A stretch of DNA of 64,000 nt, taken from Novakomyces olei. Its lineage: Eukaryota. The translations under genes and the position numbers were made by a program. The stretch covers positions 1,426,001 to 1,490,000 of the forward strand of contig JADEYG010000001.1 in NCBI GenBank assembly GCA_016906335.1, in the 5' to 3' direction. Positions within the stretch are counted from its first letter, which is position 1. Each line of letters begins with the position of its first letter. Below are positions 14,501 to 25,727 of this stretch, piece after piece. Below the pieces are notes generated by a model that made no database searches, was not told where the DNA came from, and saw only the letters and a list, made by a program, of their open reading frames with translations.

Positions 14501-15137
14501 GTGGCGGACAGGCAGCGCTGCCGAGGGACTCTGCCGCTGCTGCGACACAGCGGTCAGTGTCGACCTTGAAATTGTGTGTGCCAATCTCCCTCAGCACCTG
14601 TCCGCTCTCGAGATCGATGGAGAGCATAGTCGTGTCCCGTTTGCCGACAAAGACTTTGCTCTCGCCGGCAAAGTAGAAGGGCGAAGAGTGGACGAGCGAC
14701 TTGGCTCCGATGGGCAGACGGTGCAGTCCAGAGTCCACATCAAACACGTACATTTGGCCTTCGCCGACGGGCTCAACGAACCACGCACTCTGTGGCGGAA
14801 GCTGCGAGTCGTTGCGCTGAGCAAAAGTGCTCTGTATCCCAGCGTACCCGTCAAGCGTCCACTTGAGCCGTCCAGAGCTTCTTTCCAGGCAGTACAGATC
14901 GCCGTCCGCAGTGGCCATCAGCACATAGTCCCGTCTCCGCCAGTCGTACCCGCCCAGGGGCACACCGACTTTGCCATTGCCACTGCCAAGGCTCACGTCG
15001 CTTACGGCCGACGGTCCTGTATCCAGCGCCGTACACGCACTGGCCAGGCAGATGGCTGCGCACACGAGCAGCCAACATACTCGCGACAGAAACCGTGCAG
15101 CAGTATACGCGTCTCGAAAGCTCTGCCGTCTGAGCAT
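11574..15137 (-). CDS. IRE1: ER stress sensor kinase/endoribonuclease Ire1
   Basis: Signal peptide, PQQ-like luminal domain, TM helix, kinase (GTGSNGT, VKR, HRDIKPGN, DLG, GTSGWRAPE), KEN RNase (LLRALRNKRHHY). Confidence 0.97.
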   Translation of the reverse strand: MLRRQSFRDAYTAARFLSRVCWLLVCAAICLASACTALDTGPSAVSDVSLGSGNGKVGVPLGGYDWRRRDYVLMATADGDLYCLERSSGRLKWTLDGYAGIQSTFAQRNDSQLPPQSAWFVEPVGEGQMYVFDVDSGLHRLPIGAKSLVHSSPFYFAGESKVFVGKRDTTMLSIDLESGQVLREIGTHNFKVDTDRCVAAAAESLGSAACPPQCAPAQPSALGIGLVRYTVAVVDDFTRLWNTSFAEWTSSILDTELAERARESSSSGSGTSSGTSSGTSSGTSSGTSSKGSSSKGSSSKGSSGSSSEPVIVTLQNGIVALHDGSDASKVLWTRMLPSPVLQVLDVYEANASGYTERIALVQPQTVGRQEQSLVGDSAAEQQSLPCVYVGLTAQGGLYALSDTQFPYVRNLPLAKWYSYAKDLEQLRSTHRLDDLVGKHYVDKLDELPFNIPLLDSAENETVPDKARSSSSSSSSSSSSSSSSSFSSPFRAHENGILLFVAGGMFTAIVFALFYRYSASFALRAAHDSLDPQRELRVGFADPLDPAAAIVAKRGDSGTGSSAKTSAANSLQVPLAPAQVEDIQTAQETVLQDPIASQSASALGTISASPVAEQTPVQLLPETSVGTGQRAPVSETRQELEPNPLPSESLLESPVSETQRIRKRRGARGKKGKKSRPADSTDALVADDNDMEAAAASSVATTAAAASADLTPRAADDDYGWVSADGHIWLNNLLITDEVLGTGSNGTFVYKGNWEGREIAVKRMLRECVEIALHEVKLLQQSDEHPNIVRYYCTQNTPRFVYMALERCICSLYDWIERPGRRAELLGNTEPSLNAKEVLRQIASGVEYIHSLKLVHRDIKPGNVLVAFPKKRKQLGSLQSEELSIRISDLGLSKKLEHNQSSFGATTAHAAGTSGWRAPELLNESCSAAISININNNHNKNESGSSQNDGSGGSGGGPTTDASRSVVSHRRATQAIDIFAMGCLFYYILTNGDHPYGNQYLREGNILKDEKDLSYLQGLGEEGVLATDLIEQMVSLQPEKRPNATEALQHPFFWSPAKKLSFLMDISDRSEGETKDPPSLLIQRLEAFAPDILGTDYHRRLDKCVVDNLGKYRKYDGKKVLDLLRALRNKRHHYLDLPAHVQAAFGSIPDGFSDYFTSRFPLLVLHMWKVAREMLAHEEHFQEYFSLH

Positions 15138-15576
15138 TGGCTCATCTACTCGCAGACTGAGACTGCCGCCACGTGGCAGAACGGGAAAGCCGTAATGGTC
15201 CTCGCAAACTGCTGTGCTCTAGTGTCGCAGGAGTCGAGCTTTTTGGGATTTCGTGAATATGATGGAAATGATGGAATTTGTATTAATATGTATTAATATG
15301 TATTAATATGAATTTGTATAAATTTATATAAATATTGAAATTATTGAACATTTATTGAAATATGCTGGAAAGAATCTATTAATCTTTCCATATACTCAAC
15401 TATTCAAATTCAGATACATCGCTTGTGTATTGACCTTTAACACAAAACTATGTATATAGCGCGAATGAACCTTCAGACCTTTTCGGGACTCCGCTAAAGT
15501 TAAGGTTCGCGGGTAATTTAATTATTCTTCGTCGAGAGCTCTCGCTCGATAAGGAATTTACAAAATATTGCGTTGA

Positions 15577-15670
15577 ATATTGTATTAATATTGTATTAAT
15601 ATTGTATTAATATTGTATTAATATTGTATTAATATTGTATTAATATTGTATTAATATTGTATTAATATTG
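15577..15670. repeat. 11-bp AT-rich tandem repeat (AATATTGTATT)n in the IRE1/PMM divergent promoter
   Basis: About 8 direct copies visible; related 10-bp units at 15279-15310. Confidence 0.93.
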
Positions 15671-16097
15671 TAATGAAATGTTATTGAAAATTAAGTTTTG
15701 AAATGAATAGACATTGTGTTGGAACACGAATAGATAATTGTCTTTGAGCTGTAAATATGTTGTAAATATGTTGAAATGTTATTTTGGAATAAATGTTCAC
15801 ATTTATTGTATGTGTCGGTAGTACAAAGTGCCGTTTACCGCTTTTTCAAAGTCTATTGTGCTTTGCTACAAGTATACTTGGAGCATTGCTTGTGGCTGAA
15901 TACTAGCTACAAACTATTTGCCATACAATACCTCTCCCGGTGTCTATATTTGTCGCTATTAATACACAATTTAATACACAATTTAATATACAATTTATTG
16001 GAGTGTTGTGTGCCGATTATACGTGACAACTGCCCGACCGAACGCTCACTCGGACACCAATTGCCCGGTCAAAGAGGCAAAAGACGATAGAGCGAGA

Positions 16098-17050
16098 ATG
16101 TCTACTGTTGCTCCTATCCCGCCGGTGAAGGAACGTAAATTCCAAAAACTCTTGCTCTTCGATGTCGGTATGTTTGATCTTCTCGGGCGTAACTGCTGAA
16201 GCTAATGCCACGTGTTCCACGAGCCCAGATGGCACATTGACCCCGGCACGAAAGGTACAGTACCTTTGCCACTCAGCTGCTAATTCAAGTCTGCCTCTCC
16301 GGAAATGCTGGCGCTGCTGCAGTCACTGCGACGAATCACGCCTATCGGCTACGTAGGTGGAAGCGATCTCGAGAAGCAGCAGGAACAGCTCGGCGTCGGT
16401 GGCGCTAGCGGTAAGCTGACCCGTCTTGCTCTATGCTGACGCCAAGTGCTCGATATGTTTGACTATGTGTTTGCGGAGAACGGGCTGACGGCGTACAAGA
16501 ACGGTGAGCCACTGCCGGCGGAGTCGTTCATCACGTATGTGGGCGAGCAAAAGTACAAGCAACTAGTCAATTTCTGCCTTGCCTACTTGTCAGAGCTCGA
16601 TCTTCCAGTCAAGCGGTAAGTGCAGAGGGCTGCCTTTAGACTCTGATTTTTAGAGGCACTTTTATAGAGTTTCGCAAGGGCATGGTAAACATTTCCCCAG
16701 TGGGACGCAATGCTTCGTCCTCCGAGCGTAACCAGTACGAGGCCTTTGACAAGGAGCATAAAATTAGGGAAAAATTTATCGCCGCCATCAAGGACAAGTT
16801 TCCCAACCTTGGCCTTGAGTACTCCATCGGCGGACAAATCTCGTTTGACGTCTTTCCCATTGGATGGGACAAGACTTATTGCCTGCGGCACGTGGAGAAG
16901 GAGCATTTTGATGAAATTCATTTCTTTGGAGACAAGACTTTTAAGGGTGGCAATGACTATGAGATTTACCATGATCCCCGTGTGATTGGCCATGCCGTCA
17001 ACAACCCGGACGACACAATGGCTATACTGAAAAAGATGTTTGATCTTTAG
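16098..17050 (+). CDS. SEC53: Phosphomannomutase (HAD family), multi-exon
   Basis: [12 protein letters not shown] motif split by an intron; [50 protein letters not shown]. Confidence 0.96.
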
Positions 17051-17292
17051 CGATGCAGTCCCGTGGCTTTGAATAGGGAAATTTTGTGAACCGTTTGCCG
17101 AATAGAAATGACGCCCACATTATATACGTACATAAATAAATAGATAAATAAATAAGTAAATAAAACAAAATAAAATAACCAGATGATTATGAATAACTAC
17201 GAATTATTAGTGTAATTGGCGCGAAATCTACTTCAAATATCAATCTAGTATATTTAGGCTTCATCGACTAGTTCATGACGAGAGTTCTTTCC

Positions 17293-19149
17293 TCACATCC
17301 GCTCACGAGGCCTTGGCGCAGCTCGGAGAATCGTGTCTACACGCAATAATAATTGGCTCGCCTCTGATGCACTCGACACGACGGAACGTTTCAACTTGTA
17401 GGATTCTAGAATGCCCAATTTCTCCATGTCACCAACATCTCCCGTGTTAATATCGATACCAGCAGTCACTTCACCGGCATAATGAGCCGCCTTGAGACGT
17501 GCAACCAGTTCGCTAGAGTCCAGTCCAGCATTGTCTGCAATAATCGTGGGAAGTTGTCGCAAAGCTGTGGCAAAAGAAGCAATGGCAATAGCCCTTTTCC
17601 CTGCTTCTTTTGTAGCTGCCTCATCAACTGCCTTGGACATGAGCATTTCTGCACATCCCCCACCAAGAGTAACACGTGATTCGACAATAGTTTGGGACAA
17701 GACCGCCAGAGCATCGTGCAAGGAGCGTTCTGATTCATCAATCAGCTGTTGAGTGGCGCCTCGAAGCACAATAGTACAAGCCTCGCCAGCAGCAACTCCG
17801 GAAAACTTGATCATCATATCCTCTCCAACCATAATCTCACTAATTTTTTCACATGTACCAAGTTTAACCAGCTCTGGGTGGTCAAAGGTGGACGCAATTT
17901 CTCCACCAGTAACCAAAGCAAGACGTTCAATGCCCTCAAAGTCTGCGTGTTCAATAGACATGATACCAGCATCTGCAAATAATTGCTCAGGCCAATTGTA
18001 TATTAGTTGTCTGTTTACAAAGCAATTGATTCCGTGCGATTTGATCTTTTCGACTTTTGCCTTCATCTTTTCACGCTCTGCGCGCTCTAACTCTGCGAGT
18101 TTGCTGGTAGTGTCAACTCTAACTCTGGCGCCAAAAACTTTGACTTTATCCGTGTCCATAGCTAAAGGTTGTTAGTAAAGTCGTTCAAGATATAGAAAAT
18201 TATCCTTAATAACTAAACATAAAAGTGATAAAAAATCAAAAAAAAAAGTCAAAGATTCTGCTAGCTCATACGTGTATTCGCGACGAGTATCTTGCAATTC
18301 GTCATTGTCTTGGGGCAGTTCACGCCAATCTTTTTGTCTAAAATGAAACCTTCGTCCAAGAACGAATCTTCCAAACGACCCCCAACCTTTTTGATAATCT
18401 GAATATTTTCCAAATTTGTGCTTCCACGGAGGCGTAGAACAGCGTCCACTGCTAATTTCGCAAAGTGCTTCTTGTCTTGAGAAAGAATTTTGGAGGAAAG
18501 AGTGGTCATGGCAATATTTTCAAGATCACGACGGAAAGCAGCTTCGTTAGATCGATGATCCTTTGCAGCATTCTCAAGGGCTTTTAAAGCAGCGGAAGTA
18601 GCAATCCTGTAGCCGTCTACAATAGTCTGTGGGTGGATCTTCGCATTCACCAGCTTCTCTGCCTCGCGTAATAGCTCAGCAGCAAGCACGCAAACACTTG
18701 TAGTGCCATCACCAACTTCGTCATCTTGAACCTTGGAGATGTTGACTAGTACTTTGGCCGCCGCATTATCGAGTGAGATAGCTTTAAGAATGGTGGCGCC
18801 GTCATTTGTAACGATAATGTCGCCCGAAGAAGCGCTTTGTAAGATTTTATCCTAAGGAAAAAAATTAGACAGCCAACATGAGCAAACCTTACCATTCCCT
18901 TTGGTCCCAAAGTACTTTTAACCAAGTCTCCTACGGCTATAGCACCGACAAAAGACGACTAGAGTTTAGTGTTAGAATTAGTTGTATATTTTCGACTAGA
19001 TATGCCTTACCAGACGCGCGTTCTCGCCGCGCTCTTCTGTCGCCTGGTCGCTGAATATCTGCAGCGGATTGAATGACTGTACGTTAGATCAAGTGAATGG
19101 AAAAGCCAGCTTCTTTGTCGGCGAGTGTTTTCAAAGGCAATCTTACCAT
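17293..19149 (-). CDS. CCT2: T-complex protein 1 subunit beta (CCT2)
   Basis: First exon is ATG only (19149-19147), then [44 protein letters not shown]-terminal [13 protein letters not shown]. Confidence 0.96.
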
Positions 19150-19905
19150 AATGACCGCGAGTAGGTAAAAGTCTTTTGCCTCAACCCACAAGAACCGATC
19201 TATAATATTGTACGTTGGTAGTCTGAAGAATTATTGACTATGGTGACTTGAAATACACAAAACCCATATAAATTGTACCATGAATCGTGGATAAAATATA
19301 TTGATTAATGTTGAGAAATTGACTCTATATAATTTTTATTTTATATTATTTCTTTAAAATAATTCTGTTTTTACATGGATGATTCTGTCTTTACATTACT
19401 CATTGAATTCTCCTCCAAATTCTATATTCTGTTATTACCAGATCTGAATTTACACTTGTATTTATTGAATAATATATATATATCCCTAATCGCGCCTCTG
19501 AGCCCTGTGCCTTTTCATTCTTTTCTACAGTCAGATAGTTAATATCAGCCATTCGAACTTCAGAATACTTATAATTCAACAATTAAAATAATATAGTAGC
19601 TAAAATATAGTAACTAAAATATAGTGTCTAAAATACAGTGATCAAAATATTATTAAAATATCAAGTGCTACGTTATATTACAGTATACGAAGTATTAATA
19701 CAGGCAAACCAGTACGGCATCGAACAAATGAAATCATGTACAGGCAGCCAGGGCTATTCACACACTGGAAAAGAACAAAAGTATTGTCACTCTGAAACTG
19801 TAAAACCAATGTAAGCATGTAAGCATGATACAAACGATCATTCAAAGTATTCATGTAAAGTATTGAAGATTGCTCTTGTTCATTCCCCCTCGACCCGTCG
19901 ACACG

Positions 19906-20614
19906 CTAGTGCTTCTTAAAAATCATGTACTTGAGCCTATCGGCTAAGCCCACTTCGCTTTTGCGCTGCTTGCCTGCATCATAGCCTTCCGGTGTCGCCG
20001 GTCTATGAACATTGCCACTAGATCCCGTGTACACTTCCGGCGTAACGGCAGGAGCACTAGCCGGCGGTGCTGCTCCCGCAGCAGCGGCAGCTGTCGTCCC
20101 GGCAGCGGCAGTACCCGCGCCTTTACTGCGAGCCACTTCGGCAGATCGGCGGTGATCCTGAGAATGGCGGTGGCCAGCCGACTTTATATGGTTGAGAATA
20201 TTGCCAGCTCCCTGCCCGTGGTTAGTAAACCAGACCAGTCTTTTGTAGCCTTACCCCTCGGCCTCCCACGTCTGCCAGTTCTCCAGAGCCGTGTCCGTCG
20301 ATATTATCAACGTCCTGGCTCATACGGGCGACTTCTGGACCTTCGTCGTTCATGGCAATATTTGCATTGCCGCCTCGTCCGGTTGAGTACCGACCCTATG
20401 TATTAAGTAACGTCGCAAAAGTAATTTTCTTTTTCTTTTCCTTTTCCGCCTCGTTTGTTGTATTGTTTATTGTACGATAATTTTTCTGTCACGAACATAC
20501 CTCAAGAGACGGTACTGGCTCAAGCTCGCCAGGGATGTAGTGGCGATCGTCGTACCCCACATTCCCGTACCCACCGACTCCAGTCGAAGATTTTATACGG
20601 TTCACTGCGTCCAT
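19906..20614 (-). CDS. PAR32: Par32/Amu1-like (DUF3602) protein, 3 exons
   Basis: Spliced product contains repeated STGVGGYGNV, STGRGGNANI and GGRG|GAGNI motifs and ends GLADRLK; GTATGT and GTAAGG donors. Confidence 0.72.
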
Positions 20615-21604
20615 TGCTGCTTGTTTGCTTGTGGGAAAAAGTGACAAGAATTGATGCGAGTTGGCGACTGATAGATAATTAATAGCCTTTGTCAGCACTT
20701 CCTTTTCCGGAATCGGGTCTTACGTTTTGAGATTAGTCATTTTCTTTAATTCAAGTATTACATATGGTGCGCCAAGCGGAATTGCTTGGAACCATTGGTG
20801 TCGTAAGCTGCTGGTAAAGATTACTTGAATTCTGTAGGCGGCGATCGCGTGTGTCACGCAAGGTTTTTATTTATTTTTAATTTTTAATTTTTAATTTTTA
20901 ATTCTTAATTTTTTATTTATTTATAATTTTGGCTGATAACGATACTTTGTGGAACAGTGCTGAATTTTTAATTACTTGTGTACACGCGAAGACTCGGAAA
21001 GTCTTGTATAAATTTATATTTTAATTCGAAAGAATGCCGACTTTGTCATATAGGTGCCGAGTCGTCAACTTTAACTAAAAATTTTGTTCAAATCGAAGTC
21101 CCAAACTGGGCAGATGGCCTGTAAAAGGTACACGGGGCCCGCCTGCTTATTGAGAGCTGCTGCCGGTTGCGTTCAACAGTTGCACGGCCGGTCAGTATAC
21201 CAGTTTTAATCAAATATATAAACTAGACATATCATCTACTGGAACAGCGGTCTTTACCTACAACGACCGTCCTGGGCATTTGATGACAAAAGGAGCCATT
21301 AGTTTAATCCATTCAACGTGGACGGACGGTAATCTGTATCAACACTAAACTTTTAGGCTTCTACTGCCATGAAAGCGGCGTGGCTTTGTACTTGTGCCCT
21401 TACTCTCTCTCTTTCTGCACCTTCACAAAGCCCCACCACGTAAATATAAAAATAAATGATGCTTTTTCAATCCCTTGCTGACCACTTGCTCGGGTCCAAT
21501 CTTGCGATAAAGTTGGAAAAACCGTGAATCCTTTCAGACAAAGCCGGAAATAGTATAGGCAGCAGCTGTTGCAGAACACGTTTCTTCAAGCCTCTCCTTT
21601 TCCA

Positions 21605-23974
21605 CTACTGATCTACAGGAACAACCTCCTCGGAAATAACTTCCTCCACGTACTCCTCCACGTACTCTTGACGCTCATCTTCCTCCCTATGCCGCTGGTC
21701 ACGCTGAGGTATATTAGCCTCCTTACGTTCCCGTGCCGCCCGCTCAGAGCATTCTTGGCGCCAAGTATTCCACTCAGCCACCAAACGCTGGCGCAACTCA
21801 ACCAGCTCTCGGCTGGCCGTTGACTGCTCAGCCAAGTCTTCCTGGTCAAAGATACGGGAGAATTCACGTAGCCGGCGTCTTACGCTACGCTGCTGTTCTT
21901 TGCTCAAGAGAGTCGTCGGCCGTGGTCGCCAAAGGATCTGCTTGAACCCGTCCACTGACTCCTCGCGCAACAGCGTTCCCTTGAAATCCCACAGCTTATA
22001 CCCGTTCTCGAGACGATGGCGCCATACAGAAGAGCTGGTAAGCACGTACCTGCCGGACGGATCCCATTCCGCATCGGTTATCCCGTAATGGTCCCCTGTT
22101 GCTACCAACTGCAGGTTTGAAGAAGCATCCGCAGTAGCGGACTTGTCACCTTCGTAATCCATATCGTAAAACTCAATGTCGAACGTGGACTGACTGCCAA
22201 TAGTAGCAGCCAAAAGGAACCGGCCTTTGGGCGACCAAAAGAGGGAATTCACCGTCTTCTTATCAAAAGCTTCAATTAACTTGAAATTGCCGCTGAGGCC
22301 CTTGCTCTTGTCCACAGTGTAAAACGAGAGGATAGTCCTTAGCAGTGCAGGGACACCCGTCCCAAAATTAGGATCGTTAGTACTGACCATCGCGAAACGG
22401 TCACCGTGAGGTTCCCAGGCAAATTGCAATACAATATCGTTCTTGGTCTCAATAACTTCCACGGGGATGTTCTTCTCCCGCACCCGGAAAATCTCAAGGT
22501 TACTAAAGGAAATCTTTTTTGTTTTAGCATTCGCCTTTGTATGCCGGTCGACTTTAACGCACATAAACTCGCCCGCGTTCTGCCAGTAAAGTTTACAATC
22601 ACTAACGTTGAACAAGTTTTTAGTGCGCACCGTTTCCTTGCTCGGCACGTTCATTAGTGCCACTCGGGCCGGTGTGTTTTGTAGCTCTGGGGTCCAGTAA
22701 GCCAGCATGCACTCTTCGGTTTTCCTGTTGGGTTCCGTCTGCGCTGGAGCCCATTCAAAGTCCTCGATGCCCTCAATGCGGATCGTTTTCTTATCAAGCA
22801 GACCCATATCAGGCAGCTCGTAAACTGCAATACCGAGTCCACGGTGTAGCCGGGCCACATAGCGATCATCATGGGACCATTTAAACATGGGCCAGACCAT
22901 TTTTGTTGGGCCCATACCAAGACCACTGTTGCCAGTGCCTCGTGCCTGTTCATCGTCAAGCAACCCAGGCGCTGGAGCCGAAGGCGCTGGTCCAAAACTA
23001 CGGAGGATTCGTCCCGTGTGAATATCCCATACAAGGCAGTTTTTGCCCTCATCTTCATCGGTAAAAGGCATGGTGTCCCGGGCCGGGTGGCCGATAGGTG
23101 GGAGGGCAATAGGCTGCTGACTCCAGGTAACAAGGTAGTTTTCGTTGGGTGAGAAAGCAATCAGCCCCACGCCAGGGTGAAGCAGCCGTACAATACGCTT
23201 CCACGAAGGCCCGCCCCAGAGCTGAACACCGGGTCCGTGGCAGGAAGCCAAATAAGTTCCCTTGGGGGACCATTGTATAAAAGTATCGGTCCAGCGCTCC
23301 CGTTCAACAACCGTCTCGGGAACGTCTCCCTTCCTGTTCCACTGTACAGCGGCAATGTCTCCGTGCAATTGAGCCCACTGATCACGACCCTGTCGGTCGG
23401 CCAGCCAGCTGCGCAGATGCTCCTGCTCCACAAACTCTGAGGGCTCTCTCTCCTTGTAAACATCATCAATCTGGGAAAACTTGTCCATGTCTGCTGCCAT
23501 ATTGGCCAGCAGAGTGTGGCGTTTGTCCAAACGTTTTCCATTCACTTCCCTCACTGCCGCCAGTGCCTGTTCAGGGCTGCGGAACTCAACAAACAGGAAT
23601 CCCCTGGACCATTTGGTTCCATCACTGCGGTCTTCCATGGGCATAAAAATGCCATTGTCCTTGATCTTTCCAATGCGGGAGAGCATTGTATTGAACATGT
23701 GCAGCAAAGCATCGCGCTTAGCTTCGGGAATAACAGGTGCTCCGTCGATTATAATCATGCACTCAAAGCCATCCTCGGGCGGGACGTAGAAGCGCTGCTG
23801 AAGGTCGCCAAAATCAATCTCGGAATCGTCTACGACCACATTATCCTCCGACTCTTCGTCCAAATACTGATCAGCACCGTACTCGTCACCCTCACTATCC
23901 ACGTATGCTTCGTCTCTCGCCGTTGCTCCATTGCGGCGGTCTGCACGCGCCTGAGCTTCTTCGTCCGCGGACAT
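21605..23974 (-). CDS. PRT1: Translation initiation factor 3 subunit B
   Basis: Likely start MSADEE at 23974; RRM (GFLFVEF), EHLRSWL.D..GRDQ, WD/eIF2A-like repeats (WSPKGTYL, WDPSGRY), WRPRP. Confidence 0.96.
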   Translation of the reverse strand: MSADEEAQARADRRNGATARDEAYVDSEGDEYGADQYLDEESEDNVVVDDSEIDFGDLQQRFYVPPEDGFECMIIIDGAPVIPEAKRDALLHMFNTMLSRIGKIKDNGIFMPMEDRSDGTKWSRGFLFVEFRSPEQALAAVREVNGKRLDKRHTLLANMAADMDKFSQIDDVYKEREPSEFVEQEHLRSWLADRQGRDQWAQLHGDIAAVQWNRKGDVPETVVERERWTDTFIQWSPKGTYLASCHGPGVQLWGGPSWKRIVRLLHPGVGLIAFSPNENYLVTWSQQPIALPPIGHPARDTMPFTDEDEGKNCLVWDIHTGRILRSFGPAPSAPAPGLLDDEQARGTGNSGLGMGPTKMVWPMFKWSHDDRYVARLHRGLGIAVYELPDMGLLDKKTIRIEGIEDFEWAPAQTEPNRKTEECMLAYWTPELQNTPARVALMNVPSKETVRTKNLFNVSDCKLYWQNAGEFMCVKVDRHTKANAKTKKISFSNLEIFRVREKNIPVEVIETKNDIVLQFAWEPHGDRFAMVSTNDPNFGTGVPALLRTILSFYTVDKSKGLSGNFKLIEAFDKKTVNSLFWSPKGRFLLAATIGSQSTFDIEFYDMDYEGDKSATADASSNLQLVATGDHYGITDAEWDPSGRYVLTSSSVWRHRLENGYKLWDFKGTLLREESVDGFKQILWRPRPTTLLSKEQQRSVRRRLREFSRIFDQEDLAEQSTASRELVELRQRLVAEWNTWRQECSERAARERKEANIPQRDQRHREEDERQEYVEEYVEEVISEEVVPVDQ

Positions 23975-24562
23975 TGTACGCGGCTCTTTGGAAAAGATTT
24001 TTGCGTGCTGAATGGATATTAATCGATAAATGTTTTCACGCACATATATTATGCACATGTAAAGTCGTATATTGTTGTATATTATATATTATTTACTCTA
24101 TATATATTCAAAATATATTTTCAGCATTTCACTAAATATCATTACATCTGACAACAATATGTATGTCTGAAATATAAATCTATTATCCCCTCGTGTTATC
24201 CAATGTTTACTCTATTCCTAAATTAAATACATCCATCGTGCGTGCCTGTTCTTGATTTTTCTTCATTTGATTTCAGTTTGATAATACAAAGTTATATCCA
24301 TGCCTTGAATGAACCCTTCGATCTTTGGGGATCCAGCTGAAGCTTTTAGGAGTTTCTCGTTCAAATATTAAACTTTGAAACAATTTCCAATCTATACTTT
24401 CAACACGAATTTATATAATATTTATTGTATATCCTCTAACGTATGTACTCTACAGTATATAGGCTACTGCGTAAAACATACTCTACAACTCTTTACTATA
24501 TCTCTCCGTATATATAATACAAATATATATACGCCTTGTGCAGCTTATGAAAGACGGCAAAC

Positions 24563-25345
24563 ATGTTGGTGCCATTGGTAGCGGGGTCTAGTGCAACGTT
24601 TGCCACTCTTGTGGGACTATGTATACTGCAATTTGTCAATGCTCTCTAACAGACAGATCTTTTGTTCCACAATACTGGTGAATCCTTTGATGTCGGCCGG
24701 TTTCTAACGGAAACGAGCCCGTACTCGTGGGGGGCGCTCGGTATTGGCCTGTGCATTACGCTCAGCGTCATCGGTAAGCGTGACTTGCTGACCACTGCTG
24801 ACTTTTAGGCGCCGCATGGTAGTGGAGAGCTGTACTATAAGCGTCTAATCTATAGGGGCATATTCATAACCGGATCTAGCATTATTGGCGGTGCTGTCAA
24901 AGCTCCGCGTATTAAAACCAAAAACTTGATCTCTATCATTTTTTGCGAAGTCGTCGCTATCTATGGCGTCATTATGTCAATTGTGTTTTCTGCTAAACTG
25001 GCTGATGTAAGCGGGCCAGATCTGTACTCGCCCTCCAACTATTTTACTGGCTACGCTTTGTTTTGGGGCGGCATCACCGTAGGCTTATGCAACCTTGCTT
25101 GCGGTGTCTCTGTCGGAATTACTGGCTCTTCTGCCGCTCTGGCAGACGCACAGGACGCTGCGCTTTTCGTTAAAGTCCTCGTAATCGAAATTTTTGGCAG
25201 TGTCCTCGGGCTGTTTGGTCTCATTGTCGGGCTGCTGGTATGGCGTTGTTGTCGTTTATTTACCTTTTATACATTTCTTTTTCCAAATAAGAGTTTACCG
25301 GCTAACACACGACAGGTGAGCGGAAAGGCCTCCGATTTTAGCTAG
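24563..25345 (+). CDS. VMA16: V-ATPase V0 proteolipid subunit c'' (5 exons, including a 10-nt micro-exon)
   Basis: [63 protein letters not shown]. Confidence 0.95.
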
Positions 25346-25727
25346 GCAAAACTAAATATACAAAATAAACTGTATTTTTACACGATTTTCCACCGCCGCC
25401 ACATGCGTACTCTTAACGCAAGGCTCTGTATTCAGCCGCTGTCTGTATGTACAAAAGCTCAAAGTACAAAAGCTCAAAGGAGGCGGGTATACATAAATTG
25501 AAATAAATTGTCCTTAATTGTCATAAATTGCCAATAATTGCCGTATAATGCTTGTAACGCGACTAGTACTGCAGCGTGTTTCCCGCACCATTTCTCTATA
25601 TTATAGAGCCTTAAAGTTTGGTGTAATAGCTGCAATAGCGCGCTCAAGAGGTTTAAAAAATACACTAAAAGCTACTCTATATAGTAATAATGAGCGTATA
25701 GGTCGCAGACCCAAAACGCGTACGAGA

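Noticed and set aside
14172-15296. 374-aa plus-strand ORF with T/A repeats
   Set aside because: Antisense shadow of the GC-rich, repeat-containing IRE1 5' region; no recognisable domain
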